Positions 21,450 through 34,142 of a DNA stretch of 64,000 nt are shown piece after piece (position 1 is the stretch's first letter; every line of letters begins with the position of its first letter). The DNA comes from Octopus sinensis. Its lineage: Eukaryota. Both the position numbers and the translations under genes were made by a program. Below the pieces are notes generated by a model. That model was not told where the DNA came from and made no database searches. It saw only the letters and a program-made list of their open reading frames with translations. The stretch is from positions 14,693,360 through 14,757,359 of the forward strand of contig NC_043019.1 in assembly GCF_006345805.1 (NCBI RefSeq), written 5' to 3'.

Positions 21450-24400
21450 CTACGGATGACCAGAACCAACAGAATCGCCATGGTGAAATCCATAGCGGCG
21501 TGCGATAAGACTGGTCGCTGCTCTAAAATAGAACACTGCCCAGAAAATCACACCTGCCACATCTGTACGGAACCCGAAAATACGTTCCGTAATCGCTGGG
21601 TCGAATGTGGGGACATGTCTCATCTCTGTCTGCCTCCAATGTGCCACGGACTTTCAGAAGATCCCAGGCCAAAAAAAGAGCCATCATAATGCTATGATGG
21701 ATAGACTCTGGAAGATGGTTCAGCTTAAATCTTGGACTTTTCAGTGTCAGGCCTGCGTGCCTCCACAACCGACGATTGTGTCTCCCCCTGCCACTCCCGT
21801 GGAGGAGGCGGAACAGCAAAGCAGCAGCAACAACAAAATCAACCACAACCAGAGCAGCAGCAACAACAAAGCAGCAGCAAAAAACTAGAGCAGCAGCACA
21901 GCAGCAACAACAAAATCAACCACAACCAGAGCAGCAGCAACAACAAAATCAACCACAACCAGAGCAGCAGCAACAACAACATCAACAACAACAACAGCAA
22001 CAACAAAATCAACCACAACCAGAGCAACAGCAGCAACAACAACAACACCAATGACCAGTGCGGTTCTTGCAGAACTGCAACAATCGATCTGTGCTTTAAA
22101 AGGGGAAGTAGCAGGAATAAAAGCAACCATTCAGGTTGGACTCCACAATGAGGGGTCTTATCGGAATGCTCTGCTAAAGAACCTCCCTGTACCTGTGCTC
22201 TTGTCGCATTTAAGACCGCGGATTCTGCCACCCATGAAGTCATCGCCATTGGGGTGCCAGAAGACATGGCTGATCTTCAGGCTTTTGCTGCCAACTCAGC
22301 AAAAGACCTAGGCTGCGTTCCCCCAACGGGTGCTATCCGCCTTGGACGACCTGGCCCAAAACCTAGGCTCATCAAGTTGTCTTTTACGGACCCCACTGAG
22401 GCAACCTCTTACCATCTGGCCTCAGTTAAAGCTGGGCGGGAAAATCGGACCACCTTCCGAACACGCCCAGGCTTACCGTCCGATGTACGCCCGAGCCGAA
22501 GCTACGTGTAGTGGCTTCCCTGAATAGGAACTCAGCTCTACAGGAAAGCTTCAGTCTTCGGGAAGATGGACAAATCTGGAGATTTGTCAAGACTGCTGAA
22601 ACGTGGAAGAGAGATACCAGCTGGTCTGAGTGCTCTCTACCCACAATAACTAAAAAGACTACAGCAACTCAGGGAAACTAAGCCAGAACAACCTGCCATC
22701 TACACACCATCATAAACTGCGAGCAGGGTACAAATTGTTGTCCTTAAATGCTCGCAGTTTATGCAACAAAATACATTTGTTCAACGCCTACGTCAGAAGT
22801 GTTGACCCTGACTTCATCACTGTCACGGAAACATGGGCGCATTCCTTACTCTGTGATGGGGTTTTCAACATTACGGGGTACAACCTCTTCCGTAAGGACC
22901 GCACTAACCGCCGTGGTGGTGGTGGTGTGATGGTCTACGTTCGTTCAAATTTTTTGGTAATTCCTTGTGCCGATTTGAACGAATCACAAGAAGAAGTTTT
23001 TTTCTGTGACGTGCGTATGACCATGTCAACACTCCTGCTTGGCGTTGTTTATCGTCCCCCAAGTTACCATCGGGACACACAGCTTTGCAATGTCCTCCGA
23101 GCTGCTGCCAGGAAAAACAGCCACTTATGTGTTTATTGCAGGCGATTTCAATCATCCTGAGATCGATTGGGAGACCTTCCATGGCCACAGAGTGCAAACG
23201 ATTTTGTTGAGCTTGTGCTGGACTCAAACTGGTCACAAGTAGTCACCTCTCCAACAAGAGGCGACAACACCTTGGACCTGCTCTTCACCACAACTCCTGA
23301 AGCAGTTATCAATTGCACAACGGAGGAACCTCTAGGTGACTCTGATCATGCTATGATCATCGCCAATCTGGCTCTTGCGGGCAACAAACACCTGAACCAT
23401 CTCCAATCTGCTTCCTTCGATTGGAAGAGAGCAGATTGGAACCTGTACCACACTGAACTACAGCACCCAAACTGGCGTGAATTCTACAACTCTGGAGATG
23501 TGAATACTATACTCCAGAGTATCCTGGACTCAATATGGGCAGCATGTGCAGCATCAGTGCCACGTAAACAAAAAAAGAAGAACCGCCCCAAAAGGGCAAT
23601 TTGGGAAACTTCAGCGGTCCGACTTGCCAGGAAGGAACGTCGGACTGCTGAACGGGAATACAGTTGCATAAATCAGACACCAACAGGAAGAAGCGGAATA
23701 AATCCTCCAACCATCTCAAGCAAGTGACAAAAAAAGCAGTGCTTGAATTTGAACAGTGCATAGCAGCCAATCCTGACAGCAAGGTTTTCTGGAAATATGT
23801 GCATTCAAAGCAGAGACCTCACTCTCCAGTGGGCCCTCTTCGCAACCCTCACACAAACCAGATCACTGACGACCCCAAGGAATGCGCAGAACTCATTGCC
23901 GAGTGCTATGCAAACATATTCACTGTTGAAAGTCAAAATGTACCATCTTCACCATCACTAACAGCAAACTCCATAACAACTATGGAATTTACACCTGCAA
24001 TGCTGCGACGTCACCTTCAAAATAAGCGCAACTTTGCCTCCCCTGGTCTCGATGGAGTTACATACCTGCTTCTCAAACGTGGCAGGCACTTCTTTTACAC
24101 CAGCTTTCTATTTTCTTCCAGTACTGTCTCAACAATGGTGCTACTCCGGAGCAGTGGAAAACTGCCAGTGTCATTCCTCTGTTCAAAAAGGGCGACCGCA
24201 CATCACCTGTCAACTATCGCCCAGTCAGTCTCACTAGCTGTATTGCAAAACTGATGGAATCGTGTGTCAGAGAAACACTCTGGAACTTCTGGAGCTCTCA
24301 CAGTCTCATCCGACCCTCACAATATGGATTTGTCCCTAACTCCAGCTGCAGTGACCAGCTTGTCGAGTTCCTTGAGGACATTACTCAGATTACTGACAGT

Positions 24401-25569
24401 GGCTCATGGGTGGATGTTGTCTACCTTGACTTTGCTAAGGCTTTCAACTCTGTGCCACACAAAAGGCTTATGGTGAAACTCTCTGCAATGGGTGTGGGGG
24501 ATGACCTTTTTAACTGGTTGAAATCCTTCATCCTCAGCCGAAAGGAGGTAGTTACAGTTCTAGGACAGCACTCTACACCATATGAGATGTCATCGGGTGT
24601 ACCACAGGGATCTGTCCTTGGTCCCCTCTTGTTTGTGGCATACATTAACGACATAGATGCCAATTTAAGGAATGCCACAGTATTGAAATATGCAGACGAC
24701 ATCAAGCTGTACCTTGAAATCAAGAGGACAGATCCTGATGTCTACAACTCTTTCCTGCAATCAGACCTAGACACAATGCAGCAATGGATCACAGACTGGC
24801 AACTGAAACTGGCTGTGGACAAGTGTACCACCATGCATTTTGGGAGAAAAAACCCTGCGTTCACATACTCCCTCCACAACACTGATATCAAGAAATCCTC
24901 TTGCGAGCGTGACCTAGGCATCACTGTCAGCAGTGATTTGCGTTGGTCAAAGCATATCTCTAAGATTGTCAGGAAGGCCGAGGGTGTCTTGGCATCACTC
25001 AGCAGGTCTTTTGTTAGCCGCTCTCCAGCCATCTATTTAAAACTGTATACAGCTATGGTACGACCACACTTGGAATTCGCATCATCAGTTTGGAACCCCT
25101 ATCTCGCACAGACATTGACCTCCTGGAAGCTGTCCAGAGACGTGCAACCAAACGCATACCCTCCATCAGACACCTACCATATTCTGAGCGCCTTGTTTCC
25201 CTGGGCATGGATTCACTGAAGCTCCGGCGTTTGGCGACGGACTTGGTAAACACCCACAAAGTTATCAACCACCTCACCAACAACAACACTGAACACCTTT
25301 TTGATCTCCATGTGTCTAACACACGTGGACATGCCTACAAAGTCAGAAAACAATACAGCTCCCATGACTTTCGGAAACATTTTTTCACGCTCAGGGTTGC
25401 TGAAGCGTGGAATAAACTGCCTGCATCAGTTGTTGACTGCCATGACACTGCATCCTTTAAGGCCCTCATGCTTTCCGAAATCCGTCGAAACTACACCTGA
25501 TTATATATACACTTTAGATGAGTTGTAGTGCACCTGAGCACTGTACACAATTATTATTATTATTATTAT
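21450..25569 (+). mobile_element. Near full-length CR1-clade LINE (PHD-containing ORF1, APE+RT ORF2), frameshifted, antisense in CEP350-like intron 3
   Basis: ORF1 Cys-rich finger, coiled coil and GVPE/RLG RRM-like region; ORF2 NARSL, TETW, GDFN, SDH, NYRPVSLTS, GVPQGSVLGP, YADD, ERDLG, TRGH motifs; (ATT)n tail. 5' boundary approximate. Confidence 0.92.
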
Positions 25570-26170
25570 AAGGATTTATGCATTGTGAAGTCCCTCTAAG
25601 CCTTTAATCTCCCAACTGGAACAAAGTCACACACCCTCGATACTATTCCTCCCTCCTAGTTGAGGAGGGCTTTGTTTTGCAAGGTACTTGGTGACCCAGT
25701 TGGTGCTGGTGCCACATAAAAAGCACTGCTGATGGTACCATTTAAAATGCACTGGTGCATGTGTCACAAAAAGCACTGGTGCCACATAAAAAGCACTGCT
25801 GATGGTATCATTTAAAACGCACAGCCGATGCCAGCGCCGCCTCGACTGGCTTCTGTGCTGGTGGCACGTTAAAAGCACCAACCGATCGTGGCTGATGCCA
25901 GACTCCCCTGGCACCTGTGCCGGTGGCACGTAAAAAGCACCCACTACACTCGTGGAGTGGTTGGCGTTAGGAAGGGCATCCAGCTGTAGAAACACTGCCA
26001 GATCAGACTGGAGCCTGGTGCAGCCCCTGGCTTCCCAGACCCCGGTCAAACCGTCCAACCCGTGCTAGCGCAGAAAACGGACGTTAAACGATGATGATGA
26101 TGATGATGGTGAGTGTGCCACAAAAAGCACTGGTGATGCTTCCATATAAAAAGCACCCAGCACCTCTGTA

Positions 26171-26203
26171 AAAATCGGCATGAACTTTCCGGACAAATCA
26201 ATA
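26171..26203 (-). mobile_element. Solo mariner TIR
   Basis: Reverse complement nearly matches the TIR at 29551-29582. Confidence 0.7.
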
Positions 26204-26664
26204 TGTTTTTAAAGCTATAATGGAAGTAAAAAAGGTGCGTATTCGGCATACTTGGCTTCATCATCATCATCATCATTTAACATCCGTTTTCCATGCGAGC
26301 ATGGGTTGGACAGTTCAACCGGGGTCTGGGAAGCCAGAAGGCTGCACCAGGCCCAGTCTTATCTGGCATTGTTTCTACAGCTGGATGCCCTTCCTAATGC
26401 CAACCACTCCGAGAGTGTAGTGGGTGCTTTTTAGGTGCCGGACGAGACTGGCAAACGGCCACGATCGGATGGTGCTTTTTACGTGCCACCGGCATGGGGA
26501 CCAGACGAAGCTGGCAACGGCCACGGTCAGATGGTGCTTTTTACGTGCCACCGGCACGGAGGCCAGTCGGGCGGCGCTGGCAATGGCCACGTTCGGATGG
26601 TTCTCTTACGTGCCACTGGCACTGGTATCACAGCTACAAATTCTATTGATGTTGATAGATTACG

Positions 26665-27145
26665 ATTTTGATTATGAGCTCAATAAAGGCAACAAGTGCA
26701 AGGAATATTAATGCTGTATATTGGGATCAGACAATAAGTGTTTCCAGTGGTTCCAGAAATTCCGAGCCGGAAACTACAACCTTGATGATAAGCCTCATCC
26801 TGGAAGATCTGGAGAGCTCAATGAGGACATCCTGCAAACCCTGGTGGAACAAAATCTCATCGTAACTGTTGAGGAACTAGCAGAGAAGCTTGGATTTGGT
26901 CATTCAACCATTCATCAACACCTGCATGCCATCGGAAAACGACCATCTTTGGTTTCAAGATGAAAGGTGGTCTTCCATTAGGAAAATGCTCGGCCACATA
27001 CAACAAGGATGACATTCCAAAGACTGGAGAAGTTTCAATTGGAAACGATGCCCCACCCACCATATTCATCGGATATTGCCCCATCTGATTATCTTTTATT
27101 TCACAATTTGCAAAATCATTTGGATGAAAAAAATATGAATTCAGT
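26665..27145 (+). mobile_element. Mariner transposase relic, internally deleted
   Basis: ARNINAVY, WFQKFRAGNYNLDDKPHPGR HTH region, ENARPH and HPPYSSDIAPSDY motifs with frameshifts. Confidence 0.85.
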
Positions 27146-27284
27146 GGACATCCAGTGGACTTGAGCAACATGAAATAAAGTGCCTTGCTTAAGAACACAA
27201 TGTACCACTGGGATGCGAACTCAAGACCTTATGATCACAAATGAAATACCTTAACCACTAAGCCATGTGCCTTCACATGACAAC

Positions 27285-27665
27285 ACAAAAGCAACAAGAA
27301 GAAGAAGAACAACAACAACAGCAACAAGAACAACAACAGCAACAAGAACAAGAACAACAACAACAACAACAACAAGAAGAAGAACAACAACAACAACAGC
27401 AACAAGAATAAGAAGAACAACAACAGCGACAAGAAGAAGAACAACAACAGCAACAAGAAGAACAATAACAGCAACAACAACAACAACAATAAGGAGAACA
27501 ACAACAGCAACAAGAACAACAACAACAACAAGAACAACAACAACAGCAACAAGAAGAAGAACAACAACAGCAACAAGAAGAAGAACAACAACAACAGCAA
27601 CAAGAAGAAAAACAACAACAACAACAGCAACAACAACAAGAACAAGAACAACAGCAACAACAATT
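27285..27665. repeat. Compound AAC/AAG/AGC microsatellite directly after the exon 3 donor
   Basis: Direct inspection. Confidence 0.9.
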
Positions 27666-27682
27666 TAACGTGCGATAAAAAC

Positions 27683-27967
27683 CTTTGTATGATGGTGTAG
27701 AAGCATTGGCAGCTATCTTGCGTGTCTTCACAACATGGTTATTCTTTTGACTCGTGATGTTCCTTTTGGAAGTGTAGGTCGAGATGAGTCCATTGTTGTT
27801 ATAATCCCAAGACTGAGAAGCTCTGCACACCGAATCAGAAGAATCAACAGCGGCCGACGGACAGTCTGTTTCGGGCACCATGTCCACATCGCCTTGGGTT
27901 GTAGTATTTGCCAAAGAATCCTTCTCAACAGGGGCTGAGAGTTCGGTTATTTTTGAGGAGCCGTGTT
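27683..27967 (-). CDS. CEP350: CEP350-like exon 3 (...VVKTRKIAANASTPSYKG)
   Basis: Acceptor ttgcag, weak donor AAG|gttttt, phase 1-1; joined to exon 4 gives RKIAANASTPSYKGF, like the CEP350/CCDC187 motif RKVAxAPPAPAYKGF as I recall it. Confidence 0.85.
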
Positions 27968-28583
27968 CTGCAATAGAAAGCAAAATGTCATCATCATCAT
28001 CGTCATCATTTAACATCTATTTTTCTACGCTTGCGTGGGTTAAACATGGAATTTGTTGAGGCAGATTCTTCAGCAACTTCATGCCCTTCCAGTCACTAAC
28101 TCTCTCACCTGTATCCAAGCAAAATGGTAACATTTTCCCCATGGCCAAACATGCTTCTCACGGAAGACTGGAAACAAACAACATAGCTTGTATAACAGGG
28201 ATGCTCATTTACAACCACCACATGATGTCAAGACGAGAGTATACACACACACACATATATATATACACACATACACATATATGCCATATTTTAACGGGTA
28301 TAAGGAACCCTTTTTTTGTTAAAAATTAGGTTAAAAAATATGGGAGTTTCTTATACATGGATAGTATTATAATCCCTTACAAAACATTTTTTCTAAATTT
28401 TAAGCACCCAAAATTAAGGGGTTCCTCATACATGTTAAAATACAGCATACACACACATATATATACACACATACATACATATGTGCACGCATATATATAT
28501 ATATATATATATATATACCGGAGTAAACACATAAATGTGAAACAAGGTGGAAAAAAGAGTACTCAAATACCAGTGGTAGAGTA

Positions 28584-28692
28584 ATATGCTTTATTTAAAG
28601 CAGCAGAAAATTCTACAAAAACTGTCCGATGAACGTCAACGCGAAACTCAGAGTAACAGGTTTTGTAGAATTTTCTGCTGCTTTAAATAAAG

Positions 28693-28697
<5 letters not shown>
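28584..28697 (+). ncRNA. Type I hammerhead-ribozyme-like motif closed by a 42-bp stem, inside a small (TA)n-flanked repeat
   Basis: stem I - CCGATGA - acg tcaa cgc - GAAA - C tcaga G TA - stem I; activity untested. Confidence 0.55.
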
Positions 28698-28747
<50 letters not shown>

Positions 28748-28754
28748 TATACGC

Positions 28755-28786
<32 letters not shown>

Positions 28787-29550
28787 TATATAACGGGTTA
28801 TTTCAGTACCCATTTACCAAATCCACTCACAAGGCTATAGTAGAAAAAAACATTCACGATATAAAATTTTGTAGAATTTTTCAAGAACTGGGAACAACAG
28901 TATCCGGTGAACATACCTTTACATGCCAACTGTTGCTGTTTTATCTTCTCTCTAAGTTTATCCAAACCACCTGCAAAAATAAAAAAAAATCTTATTTGTT
29001 AAATACAGAACAGATTGTGCATGGATTTAGTGGAAGGAAATTGAAAGAAGCTTGTTGTATTATTATCATCATCATCATCATCGTTTAACGTCCATTTTCC
29101 GCGCCAGCACGGGTTGGACGGTTCGACCGGGGTCTGGGAAGCCAGGGGCTGCACCAGGCTCCAGTCTGATCTGGCAGTGTTTCTACAGCTGGATGCCCTT
29201 CCTAACGCCAACCACTCTGCGAGTGTAGTGGGTGCTTTTTACGTGCCACTGGCACAGGTGCCAGGGGATTCTGGCATCGGCCATGTTCGGATGGTGCTTT
29301 TTATGTGCCACCGGCACAGGTATCACAACTACTATTTCCATTGATATTTATTTCGATATATATATATATATATATATTTCAAATTTACAGAAAACAAAAG
29401 ACAAAGACAGGTGTAGGAACAACAAGCAGGTGTAATAGTTTAACGCTCGCGAAGAATGGAAAAGACTTTTACATTTCAAGCCTACACTCTCTGACAGAAA
29501 GGATTAATAGGAAAATATTGTTGTGTCTAGGGAGAGCCATTATGCCAATA

Positions 29551-29850
29551 TATTGGCTTGTCCGGAAAGTTCGTGCCGATTTATAGTAGCTTACCTTTCG
29601 ACTTATTTTAGAACATGGTTGAGTCCATAAAATAGGATTTGACTACACCTCCATTTAGAGCACAGTATAAGCTATCTTTTCATGGAAGAAGGTTTATATT
29701 CCTATAACTTGTATTAATTCTGCAACCCTTTAAAATGGAAGATAAGAAAGTCCATTTTCGGCACTTGATGCTTTGGGAACCAGACATAAATTGCTGCAGC
29801 TCGGCTGGGATGTGTTCCCCCCCCCCATATTCACCAGATATTGCTCCTTC
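29551..29850 (+). mobile_element. Mariner relic: left TIR + N-terminus (MEDKKVHFRHLMLWE) fused to PPYSPDIAPS
   Basis: TA then tattggcttgtccggaaagttcgtgccgattt; large internal deletion. Confidence 0.75.
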
Positions 29851-30019
29851 GAAAAACAAAACCCTACACATATATGGTGGGCTTCCATATAGTTTCCTTC
29901 TACTAAATTCATTCACAAGGCTTTGGTCAGCATGAGGCTATAGTAGGGGACACTTGCCCAAGTGCCACGCAATGGGACTGAACCCAAAACCATCTGGCTA
30001 CAAAGTAAGCTCCTCGGCC

Positions 30020-30052
<33 letters not shown>

Positions 30053-30069
30053 AAAAAACAAGCTAGGAA

Positions 30070-30610
30070 TAGTAGTGTTGGAGATGGTAGTAATAATAGT
30101 AGTAGTAAAGACAGTGGTGGTGGAGGCAATAGTGGTGGTAGCAGTGGTGGTGGTAGTAGTGCTGATGATGGTAGCAGTGGTAGTAGTGATGGTGGTAGCA
30201 GTGGCAGTGGTGGTTGTAGTAGTGATGGTGGTAGCAGTGGCAGTGGTGGTTGTAGTAGTGATGGTGGTAGCAGTGGCAGTGGTGGTGGTAGTAGTGCTGG
30301 TGGTAGCAGTGGCAGTGGTGGTGGTAGTAGTGCTGGTGGTAGCAGTGGCAGTGGTGGTGGTAGTAGTGCTGGTGGTAGCAGTGGCAGTGGTGGTGGTAGT
30401 AGTGCTGGTGGTAGCAGTGGCAGTGGTGGTGGTAGTAGTGCTGGTGGTGGTGATAGTAGTAGTAGTAGTAGTAGTAGTAATGGTAATGGTGGTAGTGGTG
30501 ATGGTAGTAGTATTTATGGTGGTAGTAGTAGTAGTGCTGGTGGTGGTAGTAGTAGTGGTTGTGGTAATGGTGGTAGTGGTGGTAGTAGTGGTGGTGGTTT
30601 TGGTGGTAGT
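30070..30610. repeat. Compound GGT/AGT microsatellite with 36-bp periodicity in the core
   Basis: ggtggtagcagtggcagtggtggtggtagtagtgct repeated. Confidence 0.9.
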
Positions 30611-33337
30611 AGACATGAAGCCAGTGTAACTTACCGACCGGTTATATGCCACAACTGAGAATATACACCAATCAACTAAAAAAATATAACTGCTCAAAAA
30701 TGTAGCAGCAGCAGCAGCAGTAAATGCAAAAGAAAGGCACCATGTAGAAAGAAAGAGGTCGGAGGGTGAGACTGTTCTAGGGGGGGGAAGGGAGTGGTCG
30801 CTGCCTGATGATAAGAGAAAGGGACAAGACGGGACTTGCCTCTACAGAACAAAAATTGGTCAGTTGAACGTGTAGAGACATGGCTGGCTTTCCTAAATAT
30901 CTCTCATGACACTTTTGAACAATGACCACAGTTATCAATAACCGGTGATACACAATAGGTGCTGGCGCGGGAGGCTGCGTGGCAAGAAGTTAAGGCAGCG
31001 AGCTGGCAGAATTGTTAGCACGCCGGGTGAAATGCGTAACCGTATTTCGTCTGCCGTTACTACGTTCCGAGTTCAAATTCCGCCGAGGTCGACTTTTGCC
31101 TTTCATCCTTTCGGGGTCGATTAAATAAGTACCAGTTACGCACTGGGGGGATGATGTAATCGACTTCATCCCTTTGTCTGTCCTTGTTTGTCCCCTCTGT
31201 GTTTAGCCCCTTGTGTGTAGAAAAGAAATAGGTATTTCGTCCGCCGCTGCGTTGTGAGTTCAAATTCCGCCGAGGTCGACTTTGCCTTTCATCCTTTCGG
31301 GGTCAATTAATTAAGTACCAGTTACGCACTGCGGGGATGATGTAATCGACTTCATCCCTTTGTCTATCCATGTTTGTCCTCTCTGTGTTTAGCCCCTTGT
31401 GGGTAGTAAAGAAATAAGAAGTTAGCTGCATAGCCACATGGTTCCGGGTTCAGTCCCACTGCACGGCACCTTGGGCAAGTGGCTTCTACTATAGCCTCGG
31501 GTCGACCGAAACCTTGTGAGTGGATTTGGTAGACGGAAACTGAAAGAAGCCCATTGTGTGTGTGAATATTTGTGTGTGCGTGTGTGTGTGAATATATGTG
31601 TGTGTAAGTATATTCTTTTCTTTTGCTGAATCATCATCATCATCATCATCATCATCTAACGTCTGCCTTCCACGCTAGCATGGGTGGGATGCACACACAC
31701 ATATATGTATGTGTGTTTGTTTATTCCCTGCCACTGCTCAACAACCAGTGTTTGTGTGTTTACGTCCCTGTAACTTGGCAGTTCAGCAAAAGAGATCCAA
31801 TGGAATGAGCATCAGACTTGGAAAAAAAAAAAAATAAAGAAAAAGTCCTGGGGTAGATTTATTCGACCTTGTAGAATTTTTAATCAAATGATTCAAACCC
31901 TAGTTTTTTTTTGTTTATTTTTTTTTTTTGTAAGCCTGCCGAATCGCTACGTTACAGGGATGTAAACATACCAACACTGGATGCCAAGCAGTGGTGGGGT
32001 ACAAACACAGACACATACACACCACTAACCACCACCATCGTCATCATCATCATCATTTAACATCTGTTTTCCTTGCTGGCATGGGTTGGATGGTTTGACA
32101 GGAGCTGACAAGCTGGAGGGCAACACCAGGCTCCAGTCATCTGTTCTGGCTTGGCTTCTACAGCTGGATGCCCTTCCTAACACCAGCCACTTTACAAAGC
32201 ATGCTGGGTGCTTTTTATGTGGCACCAGCACAGGTGAGCTTCTTTCAGTTTCCACACATAAGGCTTTGCTGAGCTCAAGGCTAGAGGAGAAGACACTTAC
32301 TCGTGGTGCCACGCAGTGAGATTTAACCTGAAACTAAGCGGTTGGGGAACTTCTTACCACACAACCAATATGCTTTTTTTTTTCAACTTTTTTTAAAGAA
32401 ATGTTAGAGTGCAATCTGAGTGAGATTTGGCTGCTATATCCAGTTGGTTGAGTGGCTGCCTAAAGACCTGTTGATGTATAAATATCTCCCGATGGTTTAC
32501 AGAGACTCGCCAATTGCAATAATGTAACCTGAGCTTTCACTTCTGATTAACTCGTTATGTTTTCAATTACGCTAATTCAATGTCTGTGCTACACAAGCTC
32601 CAACGAAGACCAGCCTTGGTGACATTAAAATACTTTTGACTGCTAGACACTTTGAAGCCTGTTACAGACATCCCAGGACCGTCCCTTGCATGTGCTAATG
32701 ACCTCAGCAGCTATTTTGATATTGATTTATGACTACTGAATCAGTCTGAAGTGTTGAATTCAGACAATGTCAGCTCCGAGAGAACATTGTTGCCTACAGT
32801 AATCATCATCATCATCGTCATCATTTAACGTCTGCCTTCCATGCTGGCATGGGTTGGATGGTTTGATAGGGGCTGGCCAGGCAGAAGACTGCCCCAGACT
32901 TCTGTCTGTTTTGGCAAGGTTTTTACAGCCAGATGCCCTTCCTAACACCAACCACCCCATAGAGTGGTCAGAGTACTTTTTTACATGGCACCAGCAACAC
33001 AGGTGAGGTCACTTTTGGCATGGCTTTTACAGCTGCAATAAGTGTGTGAATCCGAGAGGGGAATATGTTGGATAAAATCATAATTAACTGATCCTCTTGC
33101 ATTTTCTTTTACCCAAGGCCAGGAACTTTTGAGCACCCTCTGGTGTGTGTGTGGCCATGCTGGAGCACCACCTTTAGTCGAGCAAATCGACCCCAGGACT
33201 TATTCTTTGTAAGCCTAGTACTTATTCTATCGGTCTCTTTTGCCAAACCGCTAAGTTACTGGGACATAAACACACCAGCATCGGTTGTCAAGCAATGTTG
33301 GGGGGACAAACACAGACACACAAACATACACACACAC

Positions 33338-33381
<44 letters not shown>

Positions 33382-33659
33382 GACGGGCTTCTTTCAGTTT
33401 CCATCTACCAAATCCACTCACAAGGCTTTGGTCGGCCTGAGGCTATAGTAGAAGACACTTGCCCAAGGTGCCACGCAGTGGGACTGAACCTGGAACCATG
33501 TGGTTGGTAAACAAGCTACTTACCACACAGCCACTCATGTTGGGCATCATTCTGATACTTCATCCGATTGCCATTCCGATAAATAAAACAATATGTATCA
33601 AAACAAAAGCAAGGGAGACAAAACACAAAAAACATTAAAAAAAGTGAGGTCTGACTTAC

Positions 33660-34142
33660 TGGATCTCGTTAAAGCTTTGTTTAACCTGATCTTGGTATCC
33701 TGCTTCTCACTCCCTCGGTCAAGGTCACCGTTAGTAATAAGGGAGTGACAATCGAAATTTTCAGATTCCCGTTCAATATTGTGGCTGAATGCGTTTCCCT
33801 GTTGAAAGTTTTTCCACGAGGTAGCAACTGTTGAATTGCCAGCAAGTGGCAAGGCGGCTTTTACGTGTGAAGTTCGGCTAGCTGGAATGGAAGAGTCCAA
33901 CATATCGGTCCTTGGCGTAGCGATGGCTGTAGTGACATAGCTCTCGTTCAAAACACGTACTTCAGTGGGGACAAACATTCTTCGGCCTGCTTCAGACACG
34001 CCCACCACTTTAGAATTAGCTTTCCGTTGATCTTCAAATATGTCTTCATCTGAATGGCAAACTTTTTTAGGATTCACATCTGAAGTTCTTTTGGGAAGAT
34101 TCACAGCATAAGCATCGTTAGTACCGTAATTTTTGCCATTTG
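33660..34142 (-). CDS. CEP350: CEP350-like exon 2 (ANGKNYGTND...LNKALTRS)
   Basis: Long pyrimidine tract + tctcag acceptor, donor A|gtaagt, 483 nt open frame, phase 1-1. Confidence 0.75.

Noticed and set aside
27235-27668. Poly-Leu, poly-Cys and poly-Thr ORFs
   Set aside because: AAC/AAG microsatellite in intron 3.
29927-30697. Gly/Ser-rich, Thr-rich and Val-rich ORFs
   Set aside because: Trinucleotide microsatellite open in multiple frames on both strands.
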